Part shown: piece by piece, positions 29,196 through 40,306 of the stretch | Layout: each line of letters starts with the position of its first letter | How positions within the stretch are numbered: the stretch's first letter is position 1 | From: Minisyncoccota bacterium | Lineage (GTDB): Bacteria; Patescibacteriota; Minisyncoccia; Phycocordibacterales; UBA9973 | Direction: 5' to 3' | NCBI GenBank assembly: GCA_041657445.1 | Contig: JBBABV010000002.1 | Location: 3,364-67,363, forward strand | DNA: 64,000 nt | Translations under genes and position numbers: made by a program | The notes under the pieces: generated by a model | The model's input: the letters and a program-made list of their open reading frames with translations, nothing else | Told to the model about the DNA's origin: nothing | Database searches by the model: none

Positions 29196-29570
29196 ATGAA
29201 AGAATATACATCAAATATAGAGGAACTCACTCTTAAAAATGAGAATTTTCGTGAAGTGCTTTACACAAGCGAAAATATGCAATTAGTATTAATGAGTCTA
29301 TTACCTAAAGAAGATATAGGAAAAGAAATACATCACTTAGACCAGTTTTTTAGAATAGAAAAAGGAACAGGAAAAGCAATTATAAATGACAATGAGTATG
29401 AACTCTCAGATGGTGTAGTAGTCATAGTACCAAGCGGAGCAATGCATAATATCATCAACACTTCTTCTACTGAAAAATTAAAACTCTACACCATATATGC
29501 TCCAAAAAACCACCCAGATGGAACAATCCATAAAACAAAATTAGAAGCAGAAAAAGACGAACACCATTAA
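29196..29570 (+). CDS. Cupin-domain protein
   Basis: 124 aa beta-barrel cupin signature region (GVVVIVPSGAMHNIINTSS). Confidence 0.6.
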   Translation: MKEYTSNIEELTLKNENFREVLYTSENMQLVLMSLLPKEDIGKEIHHLDQFFRIEKGTGKAIINDNEYELSDGVVVIVPSGAMHNIINTSSTEKLKLYTIYAPKNHPDGTIHKTKLEAEKDEHH

Positions 29571-29572
29571 AG

Positions 29573-30547
29573 ATGAAAAAGAAAAAAATATATATAACAA
29601 GAAAAATTCCTGAAATTGCTGAAAGAATGTTAAAGAAAAAAGGATATATAGTAGAAATCAATACAAAAGATAAAAATCTATCAAAAAAGGAATTAATTTC
29701 AAAACTTAAAAAAGGTAATTATGATGCTGTTTTGAGTTTACTTTCAAATAAAATTGATGAAGATATATTTAAGATAGCTCCTACAGTAAAAATTTTTGCA
29801 AATTATGCAACAGGTTTTGATAATGTTGATCTAGAGAAAGCAAAAAAATATAAAGTAGTAATAACAAATGCTCCTGCTCCAAAAACAGCAGAATCGGTAG
29901 CAGAGCATACATTTGCATTAATGCTTGCTCTTGTAAAAAACATTACTGATGGTGATAGATTTGTAAGAGCAGGAAAATACAAAGGGTGGATGCCGTTGCT
30001 TTTTATTGATAATGATTTAATTGGTAAAAATCTTGGATTGATAGGTGCAGGAAGAATTGGAGAAAAAGTTGCACAAAAAGCAAGTGCTCTTGGTTTAAAA
30101 ATAATCTACACAGACATTAAGAGAAATAAATTCTTAGAAAAGAAACTTGGAGCAAAATACTACAAATCTTTTAAAGAACTTTTGCCTAAAGCTGATTTTG
30201 TCAGTTTACATGCCCCTCTTCTTCCTTCTACATACCATTTGATAAATAAAAACACATTAAAACTCATGAAAAAAACTGCCTATATCGTAAATACCTCAAG
30301 AGGCCCAGTGATAGATGAAAAAGCTTTAGTAAAAGCATTAAAGAATAAGGAAATCAATGGAGCAGGACTTGATGTATATGAATTTGAACCAAAGGTAACA
30401 AAGGATTTAATTAAAATGGAAAATACTGTCCTGACACCTCATATTGCCTCAGCTTCATTTGGAGCAAGAAATGAAATGGCAGAAATATGTGCTCAAAACA
30501 TAATTGACTGTCTAGAAGGAAGAAAACCAAAATACCAAGTTAATTAA
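29573..30547 (+). CDS. D-isomer-specific 2-hydroxyacid dehydrogenase (glycerate dehydrogenase / hydroxypyruvate reductase family)
   Basis: NAD-binding [13 protein letters not shown] plus the catalytic R/E/H context of the family. Confidence 0.85.
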   Translation: MKKKKIYITRKIPEIAERMLKKKGYIVEINTKDKNLSKKELISKLKKGNYDAVLSLLSNKIDEDIFKIAPTVKIFANYATGFDNVDLEKAKKYKVVITNAPAPKTAESVAEHTFALMLALVKNITDGDRFVRAGKYKGWMPLLFIDNDLIGKNLGLIGAGRIGEKVAQKASALGLKIIYTDIKRNKFLEKKLGAKYYKSFKELLPKADFVSLHAPLLPSTYHLINKNTLKLMKKTAYIVNTSRGPVIDEKALVKALKNKEINGAGLDVYEFEPKVTKDLIKMENTVLTPHIASASFGARNEMAEICAQNIIDCLEGRKPKYQVN

Positions 30548-30549
30548 CT

Positions 30550-31356
30550 ATGAAAAATTCTTCAAAAGCACAAATTATAGCAACCATAGGCCCTTCTTCA
30601 TCCAAAGAAGATGTACTAGAATCTATGGCTCTTCATCAAATGGATATTGTAAGATTCAATTTCTCTTGGAGTAATGATGAAGAAAGGAAAACTCAAATAA
30701 ATTTAATAAGAAAAATTTCAGAAAAGATTGGTAAAAAAATACCAATAATTGCTGACCTTCCTGGGCCAAGAGTTCAAAAAGAAGAAAGTCATACATACGA
30801 TACGAAGATCACTAGCTCTTTTACTGATGAGGATGAAAAATCAATAAAATTTGGAATAGAACAAAATGTAGACTATTTTGCACTTTCTTTTGTTGGTAAT
30901 AAAAACGATATAAAAAAATATAAAGAAGTGATAAAAAAATATTCTGGATATCAAAAAATAATATCAAAAATTGAGAGAAAAATAGCACTAGATAATCTTC
31001 TAGATATAATAGAAGAATCTGATGCAGTAATGGTCGCAAGAGGTGATTTAATAAATGAGATCCCTATTGAGCAACTTCCGTTTATACAAGATAAAATAGT
31101 AAAGGAAGCAAAAAAGGCTGGAAAACCAGTAATAGTAGCTACGGAGATGTTACTTTCAATGACAAAGGAACCAAGACCAACTAGAGCAGAAATTACTGAT
31201 GTGGCAAATGCAATACTCGGAGGAGCAGACTCTGTAATGCTTTCCGAAGAAACTTCTACAGGAAAATACCCCATAGAAGCCGTAACAATAATGGAAAAAA
31301 TAGTCCTTGAGGCAGAAAAGCATTTACTGGGTAAATCAAATTTTAATACTTTATGA
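30550..31356 (+). CDS. Pyruvate kinase-like protein, truncated (268 aa; no B-domain insertion and no C-terminal domain)
   Basis: [34 protein letters not shown] matches the PK N-terminus. [17 protein letters not shown]...[55 protein letters not shown] matches the PK active-site region. Confidence 0.75.
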   Translation: MKNSSKAQIIATIGPSSSKEDVLESMALHQMDIVRFNFSWSNDEERKTQINLIRKISEKIGKKIPIIADLPGPRVQKEESHTYDTKITSSFTDEDEKSIKFGIEQNVDYFALSFVGNKNDIKKYKEVIKKYSGYQKIISKIERKIALDNLLDIIEESDAVMVARGDLINEIPIEQLPFIQDKIVKEAKKAGKPVIVATEMLLSMTKEPRPTRAEITDVANAILGGADSVMLSEETSTGKYPIEAVTIMEKIVLEAEKHLLGKSNFNTL

Positions 31357-32597
31357 TAAATAAAATCCTAAACATAAACGGAAGAGAGATATTAGACTCA
31401 AGGGGCAATCCAACAATTGAGGTTACTTGTAGTCTTTTGGGAGGAGTAGAAGGAATATTTTCTGTTCCATCAGGAGCAAGTACTGGGATACACGAGGCTA
31501 TTGAATTAAGAGATGGTGATATCAACAGATACAATGGATTAGGAGTATTGAAAGCAGTAAAAAATATAAATGAAGTAATAAAAAATATAATCAAGGATAA
31601 AGAATTTGATCAAGAATCTCTTGATAAAACTCTTATCAAACTTGATGCTACAGAAAATAAATCAAAACTAGGAGCAAATGCAATTCTTGGAGTTTCATTA
31701 TCATTCGCAAAAGCTTCTGCCATAACAAAAAAACAAGAATTATACAAATATATAGGTGAGATGTTTGGTAATAATAATTACCACTTACCTATTCCCTCCT
31801 TTAATCTTATAAACGGTGGAAAACATTCCGATAGTGGATTAGACATTCAAGAATTCATGATTTTACCTACACAAATTGATACTATTAAAGAAAAAATAAG
31901 AGTAGGGGCAGAAGTATTTCATACTTTAAAAAAAATTCTTCAAGAAAAAAATTACAGCACTGGAGTAGGCGACGAAGGTGGCTTTGCCCCAAAACTTTCT
32001 TCCAATGAAGAAGCGTTTAAATTACTAATGGAAGCAATCAATAAATCAGGTTATGAAGGAAAAATAAAACTCGGTGTGGATATTGCTAGTTCTTCATTCT
32101 ATAAAAATGGAAAATACAACTTTAAGATAAACGGAAAAGAAAAAAATACTGACTCAAAAGAACTCATCTCCTGGTATGAAGAATTAGCAAAAGATTATCC
32201 CATTATACTAATTGAAGATGGATTATCAGAGGATGACTGGGATGGCTTTAAAAATATGAATAATGCAATGGGTAAAGATATAAAAATTGTTGGAGATGAT
32301 CTAACAGTCACAAATAAAAAAAGAATAGAAAAAGCGATAAACGAAAAAGCGATAAATTCAGTTATTATAAAACCAAATCAAATTGGAACATTAACAGAAA
32401 CTCTTGAAGCTGTAAAAATTGCTCAAAAGGCAGGATTTTCTATAATGGTTTCTCATAGATCAGGCGATACTCCTGATTCATTTATCGCAGATCTAGCAGT
32501 AGGAATAGGAGCAGAATTTATTAAATCAGGATCATTAAGTCGTGGAGAGCGAATTTCAAAATACAATCGTCTTTTAGAAATAGAGGAAAAAATCTAG
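31353..32597 (+). CDS. eno: Enolase
   Basis: [10 protein letters not shown], the GDD loop, and [17 protein letters not shown]. Confidence 0.95.
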   Translation: MINKILNINGREILDSRGNPTIEVTCSLLGGVEGIFSVPSGASTGIHEAIELRDGDINRYNGLGVLKAVKNINEVIKNIIKDKEFDQESLDKTLIKLDATENKSKLGANAILGVSLSFAKASAITKKQELYKYIGEMFGNNNYHLPIPSFNLINGGKHSDSGLDIQEFMILPTQIDTIKEKIRVGAEVFHTLKKILQEKNYSTGVGDEGGFAPKLSSNEEAFKLLMEAINKSGYEGKIKLGVDIASSSFYKNGKYNFKINGKEKNTDSKELISWYEELAKDYPIILIEDGLSEDDWDGFKNMNNAMGKDIKIVGDDLTVTNKKRIEKAINEKAINSVIIKPNQIGTLTETLEAVKIAQKAGFSIMVSHRSGDTPDSFIADLAVGIGAEFIKSGSLSRGERISKYNRLLEIEEKI

Positions 32598-32665
32598 GAC
32601 ATATTTTACTTCTTGTCAATTTGTAAGTAAGGTAATACCTTGCTATACTATTTGTCCAACAAAAT

Positions 32666-33148
32666 ATGAAAAAAAATATACTAAAATATGCTGTGCTTTT
32701 AATCATAGGAATAATTATTTTTATACTTGGATTTTCTAGTGGTATTTCATATAAGAATCACAATGAAAATAAAGAAGAATTGTATGGAATAGGTGAAAAC
32801 TTTTTCTCCTCCACAACAGATCAAGAATCTATTGGTAAGGCTAGTTTATTAATCAATTACGGAAACGGAAATATAGATAGTTTTAATGAGCTTAATATCC
32901 CTCCTAATGGGAAAGTAATAGATTTATTAGAACAAATAGAAAAAGAGACTTTAAAAAGAGAATACAAGGATTATGGGAGTGGTATGGGAGTATTTGTAAC
33001 ATCTCTAGGAGGTGTTGGACCTGATAAAGAAGGAAAAAAGTGGTGGCAATATTTTATAAACAATGAATATGCTAAAATGGGGATAAGCACACAAAGTATA
33101 AAAAATGGGGATATAATTGAATTTAAATTTTCAGAAGAAAAATTGTAA
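32666..33148 (+). CDS. Membrane-anchored hypothetical protein (DUF4430-like)
   Basis: Signal-anchor N-terminus followed by a soluble ~130-aa domain. Confidence 0.5.
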   Translation: MKKNILKYAVLLIIGIIIFILGFSSGISYKNHNENKEELYGIGENFFSSTTDQESIGKASLLINYGNGNIDSFNELNIPPNGKVIDLLEQIEKETLKREYKDYGSGMGVFVTSLGGVGPDKEGKKWWQYFINNEYAKMGISTQSIKNGDIIEFKFSEEKL

Positions 33149-33687
33149 TGAAAAAAAATATATTAATAAATATTTCAATAATTCTATTCGTAATTCTTCT
33201 TGGAGTATCCGCAAGACTTCTGCCTCATCCTTGGAATTTTACTCCCCTTACCGCTATTGCACTTTCTTTATCCGTATATCTCGGATGGAGATATTCAATC
33301 ATTGGTGTAATTGCTATTATGTTGCTTAGTGATATTTTTATTGGGGTGTATGATTTACCAATCATGCTTTCTGTATATGGAAGTTTTGTCTTTTCTATAA
33401 TTTTAGGAACATTCATAGACAGACACAAAAAACAAACTATACTTTTTGGGATTTTAGGCTCTTCCCTTTTCTTTTTCTTAGTAACAAACTTTGCAGTATG
33501 GGAATTCGGCACAATGTATCCTCATTCTTTTTTAGGACTTATTGAGTCTTACACAATGGCTATTCCTTTTTTTAGGAATGCCTTACTAGGAGATATTTTT
33601 TATACAACTATATTCTTTGGTGTATTTGAGATATGTATATATTTTGAGCAAAGATTCGTAAAATTACTTGCGTGGAAAAAAATTTAA
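33148..33687 (+). CDS. Multi-TM membrane protein (possible ECF-type substrate component)
   Basis: 179 aa with ~5 TM helices, translationally coupled to the upstream gene. Confidence 0.5.
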   Translation: MKKNILINISIILFVILLGVSARLLPHPWNFTPLTAIALSLSVYLGWRYSIIGVIAIMLLSDIFIGVYDLPIMLSVYGSFVFSIILGTFIDRHKKQTILFGILGSSLFFFLVTNFAVWEFGTMYPHSFLGLIESYTMAIPFFRNALLGDIFYTTIFFGVFEICIYFEQRFVKLLAWKKI

Positions 33688-33703
33688 ATCAACTTTTTAT
33701 AAA

Positions 33704-34369
33704 ATGAATATATTAATAATAGAAGACAACACTGACACTCTTTTGTTCTTAAAACAGGCTCTTCATGAAGAAGGTTTTGTAGTAGATACAGCAGAAGATG
33801 GAAACATAGGATTGAAGAAAGCATTAGGAAACGATTATGATTTTATCATCCTAGACAATACTCTCCCAGGAAAAAATGGAAAAGAAATCTGTCAGGAAAT
33901 AAGAAAAAATGGAAAGGTTCTTCCTATTTTAATGCTTTCTGTTAATGAAGATACAAATACAAAAACAGACATTCTAAATATTGGAGCAGATGATTATCTT
34001 TCAAAACCTTTTTCATATAAAGAACTTTTAGCACGGATAAAAGCAATTCTAAGGAGACCAAGGGAGATAAAGAAAGAAATACTACAGACAGGAAAATTAA
34101 TTCTTGACTCAAAAAATCACACAGTTACATATATTGGAAAAGATATTAGTCTTACTCCAAAGGAATTTTCTTTATTAGAATACCTAATGAGAAATAAAGG
34201 AAAGGTCCTTTCTAGGATACAAATTCTTGAGCATGTATGGGATATGAATGCAGATCTTTTTACTAACACAGTTGAAACACATATTTTAAATATAAGAAAG
34301 AAAATAAAAAACAAGGAAAATAAGCCTGTAATTCTAACTGTTTCCGGAGCAGGATACAAAATCCTATAA
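33704..34369 (+). CDS. OmpR/PhoB-family response regulator. The track ORF starts at 33668; MNILIIED at 33704 is the likely start.
   Basis: Receiver domain (LIIEDN...FIILDNTLPGKNG) plus a C-terminal winged helix (LTPKEFSLLEYLMRNKGKVLSRIQILEHVWD...VSGAGYKI). Confidence 0.9.
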   Translation: MNILIIEDNTDTLLFLKQALHEEGFVVDTAEDGNIGLKKALGNDYDFIILDNTLPGKNGKEICQEIRKNGKVLPILMLSVNEDTNTKTDILNIGADDYLSKPFSYKELLARIKAILRRPREIKKEILQTGKLILDSKNHTVTYIGKDISLTPKEFSLLEYLMRNKGKVLSRIQILEHVWDMNADLFTNTVETHILNIRKKIKNKENKPVILTVSGAGYKIL

Positions 34370-34388
34370 AGATGATACAATACAAACA

Positions 34389-34601
34389 ATGATCTCCAAG
34401 AGAGACTGGGGAATAGTCGAAACCCTTTATTATAAGAATAACTTAAAGACCCCGAGTCTCAATGGAGTTTCTCCATCAATTAAAATGAATAAACTAATGG
34501 AAGTAATTCTTTTGGATAAAAAGGTAAGAAATAGTAATTTCATTAAACTTCTTATTGGAAGTTTAATGAGTGCTGGTTCTCCTTGGTCAGGTAAAGAGTA
34601 A
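34389..34601 (+). CDS. Small hypothetical protein (70 aa) between the RR and HK genes
   Basis: Listed ORF with no recognisable motif. A hairpin lies at 34619-34641. Confidence 0.25.
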   Translation: MISKRDWGIVETLYYKNNLKTPSLNGVSPSIKMNKLMEVILLDKKVRNSNFIKLLIGSLMSAGSPWSGKE

Positions 34602-34673
34602 CTTTATCATCTAAGTAACCTGCTCAGATAATGAGCAGGTTGTCTAGATGAATATCTTTTCTTAACATACTTA

Positions 34674-36071
34674 ATGAAAAAATTCCTAATTAAATTTCTT
34701 TATTCAAAATCAAAAGATGAAGATATAAAAAGAAGAGAATTTATATTAAATATATTGCTTTTTTCTACAATTACTATTTTCGCTTTTGCTACTGTTGTTA
34801 ATATATTTGTTTCTATTTACCGTCCTTTTTCCTATGAAAAGAGCAGTGTGTCCTTGTTGTTCGTCATTATTTTTCTTCTTTTATTTTTACTTCTATATTT
34901 CCTATCAAAAAAAGGATACTCAAAACTATCAGCATATATATTTACCATCCTACTCTTTTTCTTGGCATTGCATATGGGAATAAAATGGGGAATTGATGTA
35001 AATATCTCACTTCTCCTCTATGCTCTTTTAATTGTCATGACAAGTGTACTTATCGGAACAAAATCTTCTTTTATTTTCACAGGAGTTATAATTACTTCTA
35101 CTATTTTAATAGAGTTTTTACATAAAGCAGAAATAATTATTCCAAATACATACTGGAGAAATGAACCTTGGAAAGAAAGCGATACACTAATGCTAGCTAT
35201 CATTTTACTTTCAATCGCTACAGTTTCATGGCTTTCAAACCATGAAACAGAAAAATCACTCACCAGAGCAAGAAAATCGGAAAAGATGCTAAAAGAAGAA
35301 AGAGATAAACTTGAAATAACAGTAGAAAAAAGGACAAAAGAATTAAGAGAGGTAGAGGCAGAAAAAATATCTCAACTCTATAGATTTGCTGAATTCGGTA
35401 GATTATCATCAGGACTTTTTCATGATCTCATGAACCCACTAGGTGCAGTATCTTTAAATGTTGAAAAAGCAAAAATGGAAAGAGGGAAAAAGGGAAATTT
35501 AGAAGAAGTAAAGAACTATTTAGACAAAGCACTTTTTGCTGCAAAAAAGATGGAATTTTTTGTCTCGGCAATACAAAAACAGCTTACAAAGAAAAGTGAT
35601 AAAAAAGTATTCTCTTTAGAAAAAAGTGTAAACGAAATAATAGATATATTATCCTACAAATCACACATAATGGGAGTAAAAATGTACTTTGAGGCAAAGT
35701 CTTCACCAAAATTTTATGGTGAGGAAATGAGATGGAATCAAGTAGTGCTCAATTTATTAACTAATGCTATTGATTCATATGAAGAAAAAAAGGGGACGAT
35801 TGATAAAAAGGTAATAGTAAGCCTAGATGAGGATGAAATAGAAATAAAGCTTTCAGTTAAAGATTTCGGTGAAGGAATAAAAAAAGAAAATCTCCTAAGT
35901 ATTTTTAAACCATTTTTTACAACAAAAAATGTAAACGAACAAAAAGGTATAGGGCTTGGGTTATCTATGACAAAAAATATAATTGAAAAGGATTTTAAAG
36001 GAACAATATCCGTAATAAGTGAAGAAAAGATAGGTACAACATTTTTTGTCATTCTTAAAAAACTAACATAG
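34674..36071 (+). CDS. Membrane sensor histidine kinase
   Basis: ~5 N-terminal TM helices, H-box HDLMNPLGAV, and G-box GIGLGLSMTKNI. Confidence 0.85.
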   Translation: MKKFLIKFLYSKSKDEDIKRREFILNILLFSTITIFAFATVVNIFVSIYRPFSYEKSSVSLLFVIIFLLLFLLLYFLSKKGYSKLSAYIFTILLFFLALHMGIKWGIDVNISLLLYALLIVMTSVLIGTKSSFIFTGVIITSTILIEFLHKAEIIIPNTYWRNEPWKESDTLMLAIILLSIATVSWLSNHETEKSLTRARKSEKMLKEERDKLEITVEKRTKELREVEAEKISQLYRFAEFGRLSSGLFHDLMNPLGAVSLNVEKAKMERGKKGNLEEVKNYLDKALFAAKKMEFFVSAIQKQLTKKSDKKVFSLEKSVNEIIDILSYKSHIMGVKMYFEAKSSPKFYGEEMRWNQVVLNLLTNAIDSYEEKKGTIDKKVIVSLDEDEIEIKLSVKDFGEGIKKENLLSIFKPFFTTKNVNEQKGIGLGLSMTKNIIEKDFKGTISVISEEKIGTTFFVILKKLT

Positions 36072-36098
36072 AATAGTTTAAAAAACTATTTTCTACAA

Positions 36099-37460
36099 AT
36101 GAATAAAAAAATTAAAAAAATTCTTGAAAAAAGAAATAAGAATTGGCGTTTTCCTGGAACAGTATACGATAATTTTTACTACTTATCTCATATCGCTAAA
36201 TATAACAAAAAACTTTTAAATGGAAAAACACTCGGAAAAATTATTTCTTCACTTGTCTCAATTGAAGAAAAACCTGGTGGACCTTACTATTCCTTGTTCC
36301 CCACAACCAAAACAGTAAAAAAAATAGTAGAGGAAAGGACAAATAAAATGATTGCAGAATTCTTATCTATTTACAATATATATCTACCTTCGCTGAAAAA
36401 ATACATGAAAAGCAAAGGCACTATAAACATAGAAAATTACAATAAGAACAAATGCTCCCCTAATATCCTTTTTACAAAAGACGAGAAAAAAATAATGTCG
36501 GGTATAAGAATAAATTTCAAAAAAATAATCTCTTCTTTCCCAAATGAATTTCAGAAGTCTGCTAAAGATATATTTGAAAAAACAATAAGGGGCAACAAAG
36601 ATAAGCAAATGTCATTATTACCATACTATTTTTGGCTATCACTTGGAAAACCAAAAGAAATAGAGCAAAAATTAATAGAGAAACTCGGTATGATAAATAT
36701 ACTGTTTTGGTCCGCTTTCATAATCTATGACGACTTTTGGGATAAAGATGAAAAAGCAGATCCCCTTCTTCTTCCTATTGCCAATATGTTTGCCAGAAAC
36801 CATATAGACTATTTTATATCTGTCTTTTCTGAAGAAAAAAGCCTCAAAACTCTTTTTGACTCATTAATGAATAAACAAGATATCGCAAATGCATGGGAAA
36901 TAAAAAACTGTAGAATAAAAAAGGAAGATGAAATACTCTTTTTACCAAAAGTTTCAAAAATATATGAGGACTATACAAAAAAATACGAACCTGCTTCTCC
37001 ACACATACTAGGACCAGTTTTGATTCTATACTTACTCACAAAAGACAAATCTTCCAAAACATATTCAATAAACGAAATCAGTGATCTTATATTTTTTTTG
37101 AAGAACTTACTTATCATAATGCAATTATGTGACGATATATATGATTTTGAAGAGGATTTAAAAAGAGGTCATATTAGCACAGCAGTTGATCTTCTTCTTA
37201 CAGAACTAAATAAGAAAACAATCAACCTCACAAAAGATATTCCAGAACTTAAAAAAATCTTTTGGTTTGTTATTTTGCCAAAACTTGTGGATAAAATTCT
37301 TTTTGGTGTAAAAAACTCAAGAAAAGCATTAAGAAAAATGACAGTAATAAAAAACCCAATTTATCTTGAGAAACTTATATCATTCTATGAGAATATAGGA
37401 GAAGAAGCACTTTTAAAACAAAAAGAGTCAAAAGAATTTATTACTGCATTTAACTACTAA
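36099..37460 (+). CDS. Hypothetical protein with class I terpene-synthase-like metal-binding motifs
   Basis: DDxxD-type motif FIIYDDFWDKDE near residue 210. A second acidic motif CDDIYDFEEDLKRG lies ~130 aa downstream, the usual spacing in class I terpene synthases. Confidence 0.4.
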   Translation: MNKKIKKILEKRNKNWRFPGTVYDNFYYLSHIAKYNKKLLNGKTLGKIISSLVSIEEKPGGPYYSLFPTTKTVKKIVEERTNKMIAEFLSIYNIYLPSLKKYMKSKGTINIENYNKNKCSPNILFTKDEKKIMSGIRINFKKIISSFPNEFQKSAKDIFEKTIRGNKDKQMSLLPYYFWLSLGKPKEIEQKLIEKLGMINILFWSAFIIYDDFWDKDEKADPLLLPIANMFARNHIDYFISVFSEEKSLKTLFDSLMNKQDIANAWEIKNCRIKKEDEILFLPKVSKIYEDYTKKYEPASPHILGPVLILYLLTKDKSSKTYSINEISDLIFFLKNLLIIMQLCDDIYDFEEDLKRGHISTAVDLLLTELNKKTINLTKDIPELKKIFWFVILPKLVDKILFGVKNSRKALRKMTVIKNPIYLEKLISFYENIGEEALLKQKESKEFITAFNY

Positions 37461-37524
37461 TTTCTTTATTTTTTCTTTATCTAAACTTTATCTAAACTTT
37501 AACTTCATTTCGTATTATTTCAAT

Positions 37525-37686
37525 ATGAATGATAAAAAAATAAAAGAATACCGTTGTTCCTGCGGTAAATTACTTTTTAAAGGTTATTTGTTTATTGGAA
37601 CAGTTGAAATCAAATGTCGTCATTGTAGAGAAATTGCATATTTTCTTGGAAGAATTAGGCAAGAGAAAAACAAAGAACTTGCATAA
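37525..37686 (+). CDS. Mu Com-like zinc-finger protein (53 aa). Not in the ORF track because it is under 60 aa.
   Basis: Translation MNDKKIKEYRCSCGKLLFKGYLFIGTVEIKCRHCREIAYFLGRIRQEKNKELA. The CxCGKLLFK...EIKCRHC pattern matches Com. Confidence 0.55.
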   Translation: MNDKKIKEYRCSCGKLLFKGYLFIGTVEIKCRHCREIAYFLGRIRQEKNKELA

Positions 37687-37701
37687 TAAAAAGCATTATA
37701 T

Positions 37702-39354
37702 TTATTTAGATTTAGTTTTTTTAGAACAAGCTTTCATAAAAGCCAAAAAAAGTGGATGAGGGTGAAGTGGTCTTGATTTCAACTCTGGATGAAACTGTGT
37801 TCCAAGGTAAAATATATGCTTTTTTTGTGGAAGTTCTACGATCTCCATTAATTTCTTGTCCGGAGAAACTCCAGAAAAAATCAAACCTGCTTTTTCTAAT
37901 TTATCAATATATTCTGGATTTACCTCATAACGATGACGATGTCTTTCTGATATTATTGATGCTTTATATGCATTGTATGCAATACTCCCTTTTTTTAATT
38001 GAGCAGGATAAGCTCCAAGTCGCATTGTCGCTCCATAGTTTTTCTCTCGCAAGTTTTTCTTTTGTTCAGGCATTATGTCAATTACAGGATTGGTGCTATC
38101 TGGATTTATTTCTGTAGTATGTGCATTTTTTAACTTTAAAACATTTCTAGCATATTCTATAACAGATATTTGCATTCCATAACATAATCCAAAATAAGGT
38201 ATTTCATTCTTTCTACAATACTCTGCCACCTTTATTTTTCCTTCTATACCTCTTTCTCCAAAACCACCAGGTACAATTATTCCATTATATTTTTTCAATT
38301 CATTTAATAATTTTGGAGTCTTTTCAAATTGTTCGGAATTTATCCATTGAATTTTAGGTCTACATCCTAATACTCCAGCAGAATGTTTTATTGATTCAAT
38401 AATTGATATATATGAATCTTCAAGAACAAAATCTCCACTTCCAAAATATTTACCAACTATACCTATAGAAACATCTTTTTTTGCTTCGTTCATTTTTTTT
38501 ACCATCCTTCTCCAGTCTTTCATGTCTTTATTTCTTGGTTTCATCTTTAATTTTTTTAGAATACGATTTCCAAGTTCATCATTTTCAAAATTGATTGGAA
38601 CTTCATATATATTTTTTACATTTGGAGCCGAAATTACATCTCCTTTTTCTAGACTACACATAAACTCTATCTTCTCTTTTCTTTTATCATCAAGAGGTAT
38701 ATGAGCTCTAGCTAAAATAATATCAGGGTTAAGACCCACAGCATTCAAACTTCTAACTGCATGCTGAGTGGGTTTAGTTTTTAATTCATTTCCCCCTGCT
38801 CCAAGGGCAGGAACATGACTTACTAATACTAAAACAACATCATTTGGTCTTTTAATTTTTAGCATACGAACTGCTTCAAGAAAAAGAATGTTTTCATATT
38901 CTCCTACTGTTCCTCCTATCTCCACTACTGCTATTTTTGCCTCCGCTTTTTCTGCTGCCTTGTTTATTCTTCCGATAATCTCAAGAGGAATACGGGGAAC
39001 CACCTCTACTTGTTTTCCTGCAAATTCAAGATTCCTTTCTTTTTGGATAACAGAAAGATATACACTCCCTGTAGTCATGTAATTTGTTTTTGATAGATTT
39101 CTATCTAAAAATCTTTCATAATTTCCCATATCCTGATCACATTCTGTGCCATCATCAAGAACAAAGACTTCTCCGTGTTCAGTAGGGTTCATAGTCCCTG
39201 CATCAACATTTACATATGGATCAATTTTAAGTGCCGTAACTTCTACTCCCCTTGACTGAAGAATTTTTGAAATAGAAGATGAAGCAACACCTTTTCCTAC
39301 CCCTGACATAACCCCTCCTACTACAAATATATATTTTGTTTTCTTTTTTTTCAT
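37702..39354 (-). CDS. pyrG: CTP synthase
   Basis: N-terminal synthetase domain (IFVVGGVMSGVGKG) and C-terminal GATase (GLCYGMQ, HPE). Confidence 0.95.
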   Translation of the reverse strand: MKKKKTKYIFVVGGVMSGVGKGVASSSISKILQSRGVEVTALKIDPYVNVDAGTMNPTEHGEVFVLDDGTECDQDMGNYERFLDRNLSKTNYMTTGSVYLSVIQKERNLEFAGKQVEVVPRIPLEIIGRINKAAEKAEAKIAVVEIGGTVGEYENILFLEAVRMLKIKRPNDVVLVLVSHVPALGAGGNELKTKPTQHAVRSLNAVGLNPDIILARAHIPLDDKRKEKIEFMCSLEKGDVISAPNVKNIYEVPINFENDELGNRILKKLKMKPRNKDMKDWRRMVKKMNEAKKDVSIGIVGKYFGSGDFVLEDSYISIIESIKHSAGVLGCRPKIQWINSEQFEKTPKLLNELKKYNGIIVPGGFGERGIEGKIKVAEYCRKNEIPYFGLCYGMQISVIEYARNVLKLKNAHTTEINPDSTNPVIDIMPEQKKNLREKNYGATMRLGAYPAQLKKGSIAYNAYKASIISERHRHRYEVNPEYIDKLEKAGLIFSGVSPDKKLMEIVELPQKKHIFYLGTQFHPELKSRPLHPHPLFLAFMKACSKKTKSK

Positions 39355-39367
39355 TATTAATGATTAT

Positions 39368-40285
39368 TTATTTATTTAAATATTTCCTTATCGCCAGAAA
39401 ACTTGAAACTGTTCCTAATAATCCTCCTGAAATTATCAATATCACAGAAATCTGTAGAAAGTTGGAAACATAATACTCATTTATATTAATACCAAGAAAA
39501 TCCGTCATACCACTACTAAACCAACCTGTAATTGGGAAAAAGAGTGTAATTGTTATAATAGTCGCTACTAATCCATAGATTATTCCTTCAACCAAAAAAG
39601 GTCCACGAACAGTCATCTTGCTTGCCCCTACTAAGCGCATTACACCTATTTCTTCTTTTGAAATGAATATAGCAAGACGGATAGTATTAAGGGTAATGAT
39701 AAGGGAGATAATTATAAGAATAATGGTAATAATTGCACCAAGACTCTTTGCTCCAGAGATAATTGAATTTAGTTTATCTATTACTATTTTGTTTTCAAAA
39801 TAATTTACCTTGTCAATAATTGATCCAGAAGTAGAAGAAAGAACATCATCAGACTTTAAAAAGTCTGCAATACCTTCATATTGAGAGACTTGTTTTGCTT
39901 TTATATTTAAATATGCTCCTAGAGGATTTTCCTTTATTTCATCAAGTGCTGCAAGAGTTGCATAATCTCCTTCATGTCTTTGGCGGAAGATAGCTAAGGC
40001 TTCCTCAGCACTTACATATGTTACAGAATCTACTTCTGGTAATTCTTTTAGTGAATCACGAAGTGCGAGAATTTCTTCATTTGGAGCCCCAACATTAAAA
40101 TATATAGCAATATCTACTTTTTCCTTTATTTCATTCAAAGAAAAATTTAAAATTGCTTGAAGCAGGATAATACAAGTGATAACAGAGAGAGTGATGGTCA
40201 TAATAAGCACCGATGCCCAAGAAACAGTGCCACTTCTTTTAAAATTTAGAAAACCTGCTTTAATTATTCTTAATAGTTTTATCAT
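39368..40285 (-). CDS. ftsX: Cell-division ABC transporter permease FtsX
   Basis: FtsX topology and an N-terminus typical of FtsX. Directly downstream of ftsE. Confidence 0.85.
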   Translation of the reverse strand: MIKLLRIIKAGFLNFKRSGTVSWASVLIMTITLSVITCIILLQAILNFSLNEIKEKVDIAIYFNVGAPNEEILALRDSLKELPEVDSVTYVSAEEALAIFRQRHEGDYATLAALDEIKENPLGAYLNIKAKQVSQYEGIADFLKSDDVLSSTSGSIIDKVNYFENKIVIDKLNSIISGAKSLGAIITIILIIISLIITLNTIRLAIFISKEEIGVMRLVGASKMTVRGPFLVEGIIYGLVATIITITLFFPITGWFSSGMTDFLGININEYYVSNFLQISVILIISGGLLGTVSSFLAIRKYLNK

Positions 40286-40306
40286 TTTTTTACTTCAATT
40301 TACTTA

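Noticed and set aside
37468-37500. Tandem repeat tctaaacttta x2 upstream of the com-like gene
   Set aside because: Only two short copies in an AT-rich spacer, with no evident function.
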